Part shown: piece by piece, positions 37,130 through 49,112 of the stretch
Position numbering within the stretch: the stretch's first letter is position 1
How the letters are laid out: each line of letters starts with the position of its first letter
Assembly (NCBI GenBank): GCA_028534125.1
Contig: CM052818.1
Coordinates: 47,494,001 to 47,558,000, forward strand
Reading direction: 5' to 3'
DNA from: Lama glama
Taxonomy: Eukaryota
Length of the DNA: 64,000 nucleotides
Position numbers and translations under genes: made by a program
The notes under the pieces: model-generated
What the model was told of the DNA's origin: nothing
Databases searched by the model: none
The model's input: only the letters and a program-made list of their open reading frames with translations

Positions 37130-37345
37130 GACATTAAAGGTTGCTTTAGAAAATGGATTGGAGTTCAATCAGTTTGAAAGCTGTGCTTGACTCTCTCCAG
37201 TTTTCTGGAGGCAGGCAATTCTATTAACTGTACTTGATGAGTGAAAAAAGATTTGGGGGACATTTGGGGTCTAAAATGTGTGAAGTGAAGAATTCGCAAT
37301 AAAGTGGTCAAGATGTAAATATGTATATTACTGTGCAACGTAAGT
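37130..37345 (+). mobile_element. Probable second CR1/L3 RT fossil, highly decayed
   Basis: ENGLEFN, then KKDLGDIWGLK.......NKVVKM*ICILLC aligns without gaps to CR1 EKDLGVLVD.K......CD.AAKKAN.ILGC. Confidence 0.45.
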
Positions 37346-39064
37346 CAAAGAAAAGAGCCCTTTGGATTTTTACCTAATCCAAATCTTTTTGAGTTAAGAA
37401 GAGTAAAGGACATACCTAAGTCATACAATGATTTTATGGCCAAATTAGGGCTTCCAGATCGGAAATCCTCCCTGCACATCAGTGGCTCCTGTCCCAGAGC
37501 CCTCTCCCTGACAGCAATGCAGAAATTCCACGTGGGGTTACCCCTCCCTTGCCCCAGACACAGCTTTTGAAATTAAGTTTAGTTATTAACTAGGTGATGG
37601 ATTTCCACAGCCAGGAGGCACCTGCTCTTTAAGCTGCAGGCTCCCTGAAGCAGTTTCTTGCCTCTGGCCAGGTCACTGCACACCACTCTTCATGTTTGAT
37701 CCTGACAGTAAACAAAATTAGAAGGAAAAATACGAGAAACTTGAAAATGTGAGCAAAGGGTCTTGGCTAGCATCTCTTGAGGGAAAAGTAAGTCAGTGCC
37801 TTTCCCCTGGACTGCAGACTGCCTTCCAAGCATAGCAGCATGCCCGTGTAAGATCGCTGAGCAGACCTGATAGTCTCCCAGTCTTAGTAGCTGTAATAAA
37901 CGTCCTTTCTTGTCCATCTCTCAGCTCTACAAAGCGGATTCTTTTCTTCATGCTTAAAACGTGAACCCAGTGTAGTGTATCCCATGCCTTTTCATAACAG
38001 TCCTGCTTTTAACTTTTTCCTTCAAGGAATCACTTCCCTCATAAGATGCTGCCTTCACCCTTGAGTAAATTACTTCATTTCTTCACTTCCTTAGGGGAAC
38101 TCCCTGTCTTCACTGTATAAACTGTCAACAGGTGGGACTCTGAAACCATGCCCTCTTCTCTCCCAAAAGAGCCAGACTTGTGACCCCAGATAGGGCCATC
38201 ACCCTGTCTCATCTTACACTTCGGATTTTGATGTTGACAGAGAGACCACAAGTGTGATTGAAAGCTGACTCCAGGAAGGTGTCTTCAATATTTTCACTTT
38301 AAAATAAGTCTAGCGGGTAACAAAGCTGAGGAAACACATTCACAAATGAGAGACATTTAGTCTGTGCTGCTTCCTCGCTGGGTCCATTTAAGCATCCCTC
38401 CCCAGAGGCTGTTTCCTTAAATACAGAAGTACCAACATTTTGTGCAAAGTCGATACAACTGTGGGGACTTTGTAAGTAACAACCGAAGTCCTAGTAATAG
38501 TAGAATGGAGAATCTGGGACAGGTATGATTTAAACAGAACTTATTTTCTGCATTTTCCTTACATGTAGCACGTTTGACAACACAGCTCTACATCGTATTT
38601 TGCTACGAAACCATTCTTCAATAAATCACCTTGAAAATAACACATTAATTTCTGCTATATTTATCTCACAGAGCTATTCAATGAAATAACGCATATGAAA
38701 GTGATTTATAAACTTTGAAAGACTATATACACACCAAGTACTTTTTAAAAATACTTTTTAAATCATAATCAATATTAATTGCTGAGTATCCACTATGTAG
38801 AAGTTGACATGCTAAATATAAACACAAAGATTTAAAAGTCCTGGTATCTGCTGTTAAGTAATTTGCACAGCATTTTGGAGAAACCCAACAAGAGAAATGA
38901 TAAACTATCAGCAAAACACAGCGTGCAGTGGGGAGCCAGGAGCTGGCCTCACCAGCATTCAGAGGGTGGGAGCATCAGTGACGAATGCTTTTTCAAGGAC
39001 ATAGAATTAGAGGTCCTGGTCTTAAAAAATAAATGGAATATATAAAGTATTTATTTGGGGTCTA

Positions 39065-39583
39065 GTGTATGAAATTCTAAGATGGTTCTCAAGACCCCAG
39101 TCCTCTGATTCTACACCATGTAAGTTCCCCTGTCCTTGAGTATGAAGGGGCTGATTATAAAGGTTCATCACTCCTGTGGTTAGAGTCTATGATGTGGCAA
39201 AGGTGAAGGGATTTTGCAGATGTAATTAAAGCCGCAAATCAAGACCTCAATCGACTTTGATATTATACTGGGTGGGCCTGGCCTAATCAGGGGAAAGACC
39301 CTTCCTGAAGAGAGACTCTCTGGCGGCCCTTGAAAAGCAAGCAACCGTGGGTTCCTAGCTGCCAGGAAGTGATTCTGAGGGTGTTTGGAAGCAGATCTTT
39401 TCCCAGTTGAGCATCTGATGAGAAAGCTGCCCAGCTGACATTTTTGGATACAGCCTCGTGAGATTGGAGAGGAGGGCCCAGCTACGCTGTACCAGAATTG
39501 TTGACACACAGAAACTGTGAGATAATACATGCCAGTTTCTAACTTTGTGGTGGTTTGTTTTTCAGCCACAGAAAACTAATACA
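39065..39583 (+). mobile_element. MaLR solo LTR (MLT1D/E-like)
   Basis: ggattttgcagatgtaattaaag...tactgggtgggcctggcctaatca...acagaaactgtgagataata; ends gaaaactaataca. Confidence 0.85.
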
Positions 39584-41814
39584 GCCACCATTGCTCAGGG
39601 TTCCTCAGCCTGAAATTGTCCCAGAGCTACTGCTTCAGTCTTCACAAGCCAGAATCCTCTACAGAACGCCTTCATCATCTGAGCTGCTCAGAGGCGGGCA
39701 GAAGGAAGTTGCTGTCAGTCAAATCCTTTGGGGAGTGAGCATTGTTCCCTGGGAGATGGTCAGGCTGTGGGCCCAGAGGAAGACAGTGGAGCATCACACA
39801 GTGTGCACACTGTCTCTGGAAGGGGCTTCCAAGTTCCCATCTCAGGCCTTTCCTATTACCACTGAGGCTCAGGGTGGCCCAGCTAGCTCCTGGAAGAGCT
39901 GAAGTGGAGCCCAGGTCTTCTGACATCCACACCAGCGTTCTCAGGGAGAACATCCAGGGAGTCAAGGCAAGATCCCACCCGAGGACCACGATCATTATAA
40001 TCACATCCCCATGGCATCTTCTTAAGGTCCAAAAGAACAAGATGAGGAATCGCCCGGTTTCCCTTGCTTATAGCACACTGGTGGTTGCTTTTTCATGATA
40101 GATTAGCAATAACTCCCAAGCACATTTGGCAAGCTGGAGAAAAACGGATTTTTGCAATGCATTGAATAAACATCTTCTGCTTGAGTATCTCCTATACTTC
40201 ACTGGCTTCAGCACAGTGGAAGTTTATTGACGTACATACTGCAAGCTACGTTTGAATGATTGCTTCATATATTACACTCTGCTACATTACATCATGTTCC
40301 TTTTCTGTTCCATAGCCCAAAGACTTACTGGAATCAGTGGTTTCAGACTCATAAAATATACATGACTTAGGAAAAAAAAAGATTATTGTACTAAGAATTT
40401 CATCAGTCTTTTGAAACTGCATCCTTGATTATTTGTTGAAATTCATTTCATTTTTGTATCGTTATCTCAGTGCCTGTTAAGTCCTACCATAGAGTATAAA
40501 TGAACAATCTGCTCGGGGATGCAGTCTGTAATAAGCTAGCATGAAGCAATATTTTCAGTGTTATGGTTTGTTGACTTTTTTTTTTTTAAGAAACTAGCAC
40601 CCATAAAGCAGAAAGTTTGTTTAAAAGTGTGAATTCTAAAATGAGCCTTTTTCTGAAGCAATCTCATCAAAAATGTAATTAAGCTGCCCTGGCTTTATCA
40701 ATAAACCATCTCCATTCCATGCAGTAGACATTTGTAACAGGAAGATTTATGAGTCTGTTGAAGCATCAGGTTAAGGAGAAAAGGCACAAAAATCAGAGGC
40801 TGGATTCAAAGCCTGGGATGTCTTCCTTCAGCCCTTCCAGACCTGCCCTGCGTCCTCTCCACTCCGCCCGATGCTCCTTCACCTTCCGCCTTCCAGCTGA
40901 GTTTGGCAATTCAGGGGTGAGGGCTAGAGATGAGGGTAGGGGACTGATGGTGAGGTGTGGGAGGCCACAGGTTGGGTTCCCCTCCCGGCAGGACGCTGCA
41001 GGGTGATAACTCCCTCTACTGAGGCTTACAGCTTGTCTCACGGTGCCTTCCTTTCCTCTGGTGCCTTCTCTACAGTTTAATGTCACTCCACGGTGGTGTA
41101 GCTTCTCATCCCAGGATCTGCCTCACCCTGATTGTGCCTAAGCACGGCCCACATCACTGTAAACAGCCCCTTTGTAAGCCCTCCTCAATATCCAGCTGGA
41201 ATCCAATTGTTTTTTGCTGGGACCCAAGATTGCACAGTTAGGGTTCTGGGGTGTGCCATTTGCATTCCCTGTAAAGTGTGTCCTCTTTTCCCTCTTCTAA
41301 AAATAAGAGGAAAATATTCCTGCTCAAATTGCTCATGAGCCTTTTAGGAATATAAAATGTGAAAATATGTGGTTGAAAGCTTTTCAAGTTTTAACGGTTT
41401 CACTGAATACACGTCTATGGAAGGCTTTGTGCTGGGCGCTTGGAGGTCGCGATGTAAGAACACAAAAACGGATCAGGCGTGACCTCTACGAACGGACGAC
41501 TGTAATAGGAAGACCGTGGGGAACCTGAAGCTGAGACTAACAAGATGACTTGCAGGCTCAGTGTAGCTCAGATCCCAGTGGGGGGAAGAGGGATGGTGGA
41601 CGTTTCCAGCACAAGGTGCCGCTTGGATCGGTGATCAAAGGATGCATGGAATTTGGATGCAGGAATGGATTTGCCAGTCCAGGATGAGAGAGGATGGTGA
41701 GCAGGAGCAAGGGGCTTCGATAAGTCTGCTAGTTACCCAGCGAGGCTCAGATTATGTATATTAGATTTCAAAACCTGAGTCACGCTCATAACGGGCATCT
41801 CCTGTGCTCTGGCT

Positions 41815-41990
41815 CAGCACCTGGTCCTCGGAGTGTGGTGTCAGCATCGCCTGGGAACTTTTTAGGAAGGCAGATCCTCAGTCCCACCCCAGACCTACCG
41901 AATCAGAAACCCTGGGGGTGAGGCGCCCAATCTTTCAACTAGTCCGCCAGGTGATGCCCTTGCCAGCCGAAGCTGCAGAGCGAGCCCTGC
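41815..41990. mobile_element. MER5A-like hAT-Charlie MITE
   Basis: cagcatcgcctgggaactttttagg...ccccagacctaccgaatcagaaaccctgggggtg...ccaggtgat. Confidence 0.8.
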
Positions 41991-43669
41991 AGCTGTGCAG
42001 CGACTGGCCGCAGGTGGGAAAAGTACCGCCGGGGACCAGTGGAGGGGCCCCGAGGTGGTGTGCTGGACCGCAGAGGACACCGCTGTGGCATCAGGCAATC
42101 GCCCTGCTTCTGCCCAAATTCCTTCAGTGACTCAAGTCAATTCCTCTTTGAGCTCCTTCATTTCCACGCATAACATTAGGAACTTAAACGATCTTTTCTT
42201 TAAGACCCCTTCCCGTTTGGATACCTGTGGCCTCCAAGTAATTTTTCTCATGCAAAATCATGATGAGATATTCAAGACAGAGAAATGGCCTCCTCAAAGG
42301 CCAGGTGAGGAGTCCAACTGGCTCTTCCCTGCTTTGTGACCCTTACTCTCAGCTTTCTCCTCGGAGTTGGTGATGACACCCTCCACCTTGCAGGTCACTG
42401 AGGACAAAACGGGATCTATTCCTCAAAGTGTGGAAACAAAGCATGGCTTCTGTGTTAGTTCCATCCTATCGGCTGTGAGGGTCTCAGTGCAGAGGTCGCG
42501 TTTCACAGGCATTCTCTCCAAGTGCCTGGGGCAGGAGAGACGTCTCTGTGACACACCGTCACAGTCTCACGCCGCCACCCTCCGTAGCTGGATGGCCGCT
42601 TCACGTTATAGCCGGTTACTTGGTTAACATCTATTCACCTGTTACGTGCTAGTCACCGTGATGGAAACACCATGTCTTTTTTTAAACCCCAGTGCATGTT
42701 TAGTGACTACAACACAGCATGCACCCAGGAAACATTTCTTAAATGAACCCATGAGAAGTCATTGAGAACAATTACCCCGCTTTCTGAATAATCATGCAAA
42801 CTGAAACCAAAGGACTGTAACGAAATAGCTCCTAAGTCTTTACAAACATTTCTGAGCACCTGGAATGAATGAGGCTGGGTTCCAAGTCACTTTCCTCATG
42901 GACTATTTCACCAATAAAACGTGTGAAGGTGACAGCCTCGGTCTTTAAATGCTGCCCCCGCCTCGGCCAGCCAAGCTCTCGGCCGTAACGTAATCACATT
43001 GTCCTGCGTCTCCTCCCTAAGTCTGTCTCCTTGCTGCCTGGGGTGCCTTGCCGAGCTCCGACTGGCTCGGGTAGCAGCGCACCTGCTCTGCCTGGCGCCC
43101 CCGCTGTGCGTTTACTGTTACAGTGGGCCTGAGTCCTGAGGCTGCTTTGGTTTGGCGCTTTCTGTGGTATCCTTGGCTGCTGTGGAGCATTCCCACACAC
43201 ACACATTGCTACAAATGTATAGCATAATATATATCACTATATACTAATGTATCTCGTTTATCAATATATATTATCTATCTACTTGTCTATCTGTCTACCT
43301 GTCTGTCTGTGTCAATAAGAAATGGCCATGTCCATATTCTTTTTTTTTCTCCCAATAGTAGAAAAGACAGCGCTTCCCACCTGCACTTCTGTATTTTGGG
43401 AGAGGCCCTTCATCAAACTACTAACCACGTATTTGCAGTGACCAAAAGGCATTTACATGGTTTGGCTACTGCTAACTTCAGACTGCCGAGCACACCGCAT
43501 CCTGCTTTCCCAGGGCTTGGGAAATCAGGAGTGACGTGGAGCTGCCAGGGTGACCTTCAGCTCTGATGCCATGCTCTTAGGACAGTCAGGCATTGGCCCT
43601 TCCCAGGGAGACCCCCAACCCGTGTGGAGCTGCCTGAGGCTTGGGGGGATACACGCCCAGCACGGCGGT

Positions 43670-43850
43670 CCTCACGGTGTGGCCCCGGACCAGCCACACC
43701 GGCATCACCCAAAACCCGTCAGAAGTGCAGGCTCACGGCCCCTCTCCGGACCTGCTGGGCCAGGCACTTTGGGGCTGGGCCCAGCCTCGCATGTTTGAAT
43801 CTCCAGAGCATTCTGAGGCAGTGAATCTGAGTGTGAGAGCGCCTGGCCCA
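43670..43850. mobile_element. MER5A-like hAT-Charlie MITE, degenerate
   Basis: ggcatcaccc...gtcagaagtgcaggctc..ggcccc..ccggacctgctg...ggggctgggcccagc. Confidence 0.6.
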
Positions 43851-44544
43851 GCACAGCGCTGGGTCCTCAGGACTGAGGCACTGGCCTTGTCCACGATTCC
43901 AGGTCACAGGCTGCATGAACAAACATCTGGCTAAATGGCCATGCTGAGGAAGAAGGGAGCCTGACACCAGTGTGGCCTTTGGCAGATTTGGTCCTGGGCT
44001 CAAGGCCACCAGCCCTGCAGAGAGACGGTGTGTGGAGCGCTGTGATGGATGGGGGCCCCGTCCACACCCGGGGGGCGGCACTGCTTGTCCACATCAGCGG
44101 GTGAATGTTGACTCACCCAAGGGAGAGCAGCTTAGAAAGGGGGTCAGAACTCCCTGTGTGGCTGTCAACAGAGCACGCAGCCCCCCATTCACACGCCGGC
44201 CCTCGTTGGCTCCTCACCGCGCTGGGGTTCGAACAGCTTGCACACCTGTTTCGCGCTTGCCAGCTTCCTGACTGGTTTACATGAGAGTTAAGGTGAAGTC
44301 CTGTTGCTATCAGAACCCTCTCCTCTCTCCACCCCAGGCATCGCCAGGCTGACGCCTTCCTGACTGCACTCTCAGCCTTGGGGAAAGCCTGGCATCGGGG
44401 GGAGAGCTGGGAGCAGTTTCCCTCCAGCACCAGATCCCTGGCATCTCTGAGCCTCAAGGGCTGGCAGTCACCCAGCTGGAACGCGGACCCTCGCCGCCTG
44501 TGGGCTTCCTCCCTACCCTGGACGCAGTCGGACCCCTGCACACT

Positions 44545-44740
44545 AGGCAGGCCTGGATTTGAAAGTCTGTCCCCTTAACAGCTCTGTGAACTCGGGCAAT
44601 TTGCATGGCTTCCCTGAGTCTCAGTTTTCTCCTCTGTAGAATGGAGACAACACCATCCAGCTCACAGGGTGAGCGTGGACTGACTGGACGGGCCCAGAGC
44701 AGCCCTGCCGTGGTCGCAAGGGTCCTGGACAGAAGGCTGA
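44545..44740 (+). mobile_element. MIR SINE
   Basis: cctggatttgaa...gctctgtgaactcgggcaatt...ctgagtctcagttttctcctctgtagaatgg. Confidence 0.75.
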
Positions 44741-45084
44741 GGGCTGCCGGCAGCGCGTCTCATCAGGTGGGAGAGAGAAGGACATGGGCACCTTGCAGAG
44801 AGTGGACTTTTATCTCCCATTGTCCTAATTTCTTGTCCTAATAGAGAGGGAAACCGAGGAACACATGGGGGATTTGCTGAGATCGTCCCTCTGCTGATGG
44901 AGATCTGTGCTTTGCTGTGTCTCCCGTGGCCCTTATGCACTTACAAATGCACTTAGATTAAAGATTAAAGATTGGGAGTCGCCCTGCTGGTGATGCCCTC
45001 GACCCCTGCTATTCATCCCTTTCTTCCCCACTGCTTCTACTTCTTCGCGAAGCTTCTCAGGTCATCTCAGCTAAGTCATTGATG

Positions 45085-45437
45085 TGAATGCAACTGTACC
45101 CCTCAGTTGTGATGAATGAGGAGGTGAGAGCTTTGGAAGATAATCAGGGTTAAATAAGGTCATGAGGGTGGGGCCCCATGATGGAATTAGTGTCCTTACA
45201 ATAAGAGGCACCAGCGAGCTTGCTCTCCTTCTCTGTGCAAACACCAAAGAAAGGCCACATGAGGCCAGAGGGGCATGTCAGCATCTACTCCCTAAGCAGA
45301 GACCCTCTCACCAGAACCCAGACATGCTGGCACCCTGATCCTGGACTTCCAGCCTGCAGAACTTCAAGAAACACATTTCTGCCCTTCAGGCTGCCCGGTC
45401 TCCGGCACTTTGTTATGCCAGCTGGGCTAACTAAGAT
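45085..45437 (+). mobile_element. MaLR solo LTR (MLT1A-like)
   Basis: aggtcatgagggtggggccccatgatggaattagtgtcctta...gctggcaccctgatcctggacttccagcctgcagaact...gctaactaaga. Confidence 0.85.
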
Positions 45438-45789
45438 GGTCATCACTTTCTTGAAACCAGACGTCACCAGTGTACAATCTCTGCACTGTTGTGTCAAAGC
45501 CCCTGCAGCATGCATTTTGAGCAGAACAGAGGCTGTGTCTGTGGTTCGGTTCACAGAATCTTCTGAGCACCTGCTCTCCGCTAGCCACTGCGTTAGTCCT
45601 GAGGACAGTGAAATGGACCTGCAAGCCAGGGTCCTGCCTCATCCTAAGACCTGGAAATGATCTGCTGACTCCCAGGTGCCCTCACTCGTGCTGTGAAGGG
45701 GCTGAGCTGCAGACGCTCCTTACTAAGTTTGCTTCATGGATTGAAAATTAATCTAGAACACCAGCCTTTAAGAAAATGATTTAGGGGTA

Positions 45790-46446
45790 TGTGAGAGTTT
45801 CAGCGCACAGAAAGTTAGAGGGCACAGTCTCCAAGGCCTCTCTCACTTCTGACACCACCTGCGAGGTTGAGGGGTCCCCCAAACTGCCCTCAGTTTCAAT
45901 AATTTCCTAGAAAGTCTCAGGACTCACCAACAGCTGTTACACCCACAGCGATAGTTTATGAAAGGGGAAGGACACAGGGTCAAATCAGCCACGGGAAGAG
46001 ATGCATAGGGCAGAATCTGAGAAGGGTTCAAGTGCAAATCCTCCATTCTCCTCTTCCCATAGACTCAGGACGTGTCCCCCTCTTGGCACAGAGGGTGACA
46101 ATGCACAGGGAGTCTTGTGCACCAGGTCAGCTGCCTGAGCCCGTGGTTCAGAGCTGTTATTGGTGCTTCATTAATTAACCATGACTGATGGATTGCCCAC
46201 AGGTTTGAGATCGGCGTCCGGGTCTAGTGATCCTCTGTGGTCCAAAGCCACACCCTGCATCGCCTGGGCATCCTTCTCGTGTGGCTAGTTCCCATCTTAA
46301 GACTATCTGGCTCAGCTGACCCGTACTCAGGCCAGGCCCTGCCCTAACCAATGACAGTCCTATCAAATGTTACATAGATGACCTCCCAGAAGCCAGAGGC
46401 AAAGGCCAGACCTATCTTGGGGCACGATCACATCCTTTACTCCACA
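45790..46446 (-). mobile_element. MER21-family solo LTR (MER21C-like)
   Basis: Minus strand begins tgtggagtaaagg...ccaagataggtctggcctttgcctctggcttctgggaggtcatct. Internal motifs caaatcagccacgggaagagatgcatagggcag also match. Confidence 0.8.
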
Positions 46447-46519
46447 GAGGATGTTGCAGGAACCCACAGTTATAGGTTCAAGGAAAACCTGACCTAGCCT
46501 AGAGAATGCAAAGTAATGG

Positions 46520-46740
46520 GAATAGCGTTGCATTCAGTGCCAGACGGACCGAGATTCGAGGTGCAGGTCCGCCGGTCACAACTGCAAAATTCTAGCCTGG
46601 CCAGTTCGTGTCTCTGAGCTTCAGTTTCCTCATCAATGGACTGGAGAAAATGGTTGTGTATCAAATTGGGAAATCTACTGAGAAACCGATTTTTAAGCAT
46701 TTACCGTAGTCCCTGGCACCAAGCAGGTGGCTACTAAATG
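46520..46740 (+). mobile_element. MIR SINE
   Basis: tctctgagcttcagtttcctcatc...aagcatttaccgtagtccctggcac. Confidence 0.75.
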
Positions 46741-46912
46741 ACCCCCCATCTCCTTCTTTATCTGCACCCCACTCACTAACACGAAGGGGCTGCCCCTCCA
46801 TGGAGCAGCTGCTTCTGCCTCCAGCAGACTGGTTCTAACAGGAGAGATTTTTTTTTTAAAACACACACACTTTAAAAAAATCCACTCTCCAATGCTATGT
46901 TAGTGATTTCAA

Positions 46913-46973
46913 CAGCTGTGAGTCAAAAGAAACTATCACAGGGTGTGGTTTCCATGGCAACTTCCATGGTTAC
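46913..46973. promoter_or_regulatory. Dense TF-motif cluster with a canonical RFX X-box
   Basis: CAGCTG, TGAGTCA (46919-25), GGGTGTGG/TGTGGTT, GTTTCCATGGCAAC (46948-61) and an adjacent CTTCCATGGTTAC. Confidence 0.55.
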
Positions 46974-47628
46974 AGAGGAGAAAGGAAGGAAGCGAGGGAG
47001 ACTGCTTTCCTCTCCGTGGTCCTCCCGTGGTGTCCACCCAGGGTCACTCCACGCCCCCTCCAGAATGCTGCCCTGCCTGCTGCTTTTACTGACATGATTC
47101 CTGAAGTGAGGTGGCTCTGCCACTCGGATGAAGACTTTCGAAGACTCCCGTTTTCCCTGCCCGTTCTCTCGATTTAGAAAACCAACAATGAAATGAATCA
47201 CTTCAAGTGGTGGTGGCTTTATCACTGAATCACAGGATTCGGATGACCGGCTACCAAAAATGCTGAAGGTAGCAGGGAGGGGGTGTGTGGGAGAGGCACG
47301 GGGTGGGGAGGCTGAGGGGGTGGTTTTGATGAGTTGGAGGTATGATTCAATTGCCTTTTAAGGCTCATCCCACCCCGAGTCAAGAATAATCATTTTCAGG
47401 CATGGATCTCCGCCAGTAGTAGGGTAAATTCAACAGGCTGGGTGAAGGAAGTTCCATTACTTCCCAGAGGCCAAGTGCTCATGAAGTAGGTACAAAATAA
47501 GACTATTTAACTAAGTGTTTTAGATTTATGGTAGAAAATAGATGTGAAAATATTTTAAGTCTAGAAAGGAAGTCAGGACATGATGCAACTCAGAGGAGCG
47601 TGGGAACATGACAATAGTCCCTGAAGCA

Positions 47629-47728
47629 NNNNNNNNNNNNNNNNNNNNNNNNNNNNNNNNNNNNNNNNNNNNNNNNNNNNNNNNNNNNNNNNNNNNNNNN
47701 NNNNNNNNNNNNNNNNNNNNNNNNNNNN
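47629..47728. other. Assembly gap (100 N)
   Basis: Run of 100 N. Confidence 0.99.
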
Positions 47729-47799
47729 TGGGCACCTGTCCCTACATAGGTGTTCCCAGACTATTTCCTCCAACTGCCACAGAGCCAACCTCCACCACT

Positions 47800-48040
47800 A
47801 GCAGCTCCAACGTCACCTCATCCCTGAAGGCCCCCAGTTTTCCCAGCAGGCATTCCCATCACATTTGATCTGTGCCTCTCCTGGAGCACTTAATACTATC
47901 TCCCATGTGGATTGGTTTATATAGAGGCCTTAACTCCACTGCCAGCCTGTGATTCTTAAGAATAAATAGATATGTCTGATTTACTATCGTATGTCCATAA
48001 TGACTGGCACCCAACAAGAAAGCAATCATTGGTTGAAAGA
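47800..48040 (+). mobile_element. L2 LINE 3' end, degenerate
   Basis: caacgtcacctcatccctgaagg...agcacttaatact...cagcctgtgattctt...tgactggcac. Confidence 0.5.
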
Positions 48041-48164
48041 TAGAGCAATTTGAGAAGAATACACATGGAATAAATATTTGTTGGATGAGTAATACAATTT
48101 TGTCAAAGAATACACATTTTTAGCTACTTATATAGAGGATTTTTAATTTCAGCTGTACTCTCAT

Positions 48165-49112
48165 AATATGAGTTTCCTATGGCTTCCTTAAGGAAGTACC
48201 ACCGACTGAGTGGCCTAAAACAATAGAGTTTTCATTTCAGTGCTAGAGACCAGAAGTCTGAAATCAAAGAGTTTGCAGGGTCATGCTCTCCCTGAGGCCT
48301 TCAAAGGACACATCCTATCTCTTCCAGCTTCTGGCAGCCCCAGGCTTTCCCCGGCTTATGAGCATATCACCCAAGTCTCAGCCTCCACCAGCATGAATCC
48401 ACTGTGTCTCTCTGTGCATGTCTGTGTCCAAATCTCCCTCTTTTATATGGTCTATATATAAACAATGGGATATTACTCAGCCATAAAAAAGGATGGACTA
48501 ATGCCATTTGCAGCATTGTGGGTGGACCTAGAGATTATCATACTGACTGAAATAAGTCAGAGAAAGACAAACACATGTATCACTTATATATGGAATCTTA
48601 AAAAAAGTGATGCAAATGAACTTATTTACAAAACAGAAACAAACTCACAGACATAGAAAACAAACCTGTGGTTATCAAGGGGGAAAGCAGGGGGAAGGAT
48701 AAATTGGGAGTTTGGGATTAACAGATTCATACTACTGTATATAAAATAGACCAGCAACAAAGACAATGGAGCACAGGGAAGTATATTCAATATCTTGTAA
48801 TATGTACAATAGAAAATAATCTGAAAAATATATATATATAAAAAACTGAATCACTTTGCTGTATACCTGAAACTAAACACAACATTGTAAATCAACTATA
48901 CCTCAATTTAAAAAACTATATAAAAAACAAATTTCCCTCTTCTCACAAGGACACTAATATTGGTTGGGGACTCACATACTTGAGTATGACCTCATTTTAG
49001 CTCAACTAATTAAACCTAAACAATGGCTGTATTTCCAGCATAGTCACGTTCTGAGGTCCTGGCAGTTAGGACTTCAATACACATTTCTGGGGGACACAGT
49101 TTGACCCATAAG
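48165..49112 (-). mobile_element. MaLR solo LTR (MLT1B/C-like) split by an L1
   Basis: gagtttcctatggct...gaccagaagtctgaaatcaaag...cttccagcttctggcagcccc, resuming after the L1 with aaggacact...tatgacctcatt...gttctgaggtcctggcagttaggacttcaa. Confidence 0.85.
48445..48927 (+). mobile_element. 5'-truncated L1 (cetartiodactyl-type 3' UTR) with target-site duplication
   Basis: ORF2 C-terminus YYSAIKK..LMPFAA.WVDLEIIIL.EISQ and 3' UTR ending aacattgtaaatcaactatacctcaat. TSD caaat(c/t)tccctctt(t/c)t at 48429-48444 and 48928-48943. Confidence 0.92.

Noticed and set aside
47275..47323. G-quadruplex-like G runs
   Set aside because: Such motifs are common in mammalian DNA, and nothing here supports a function
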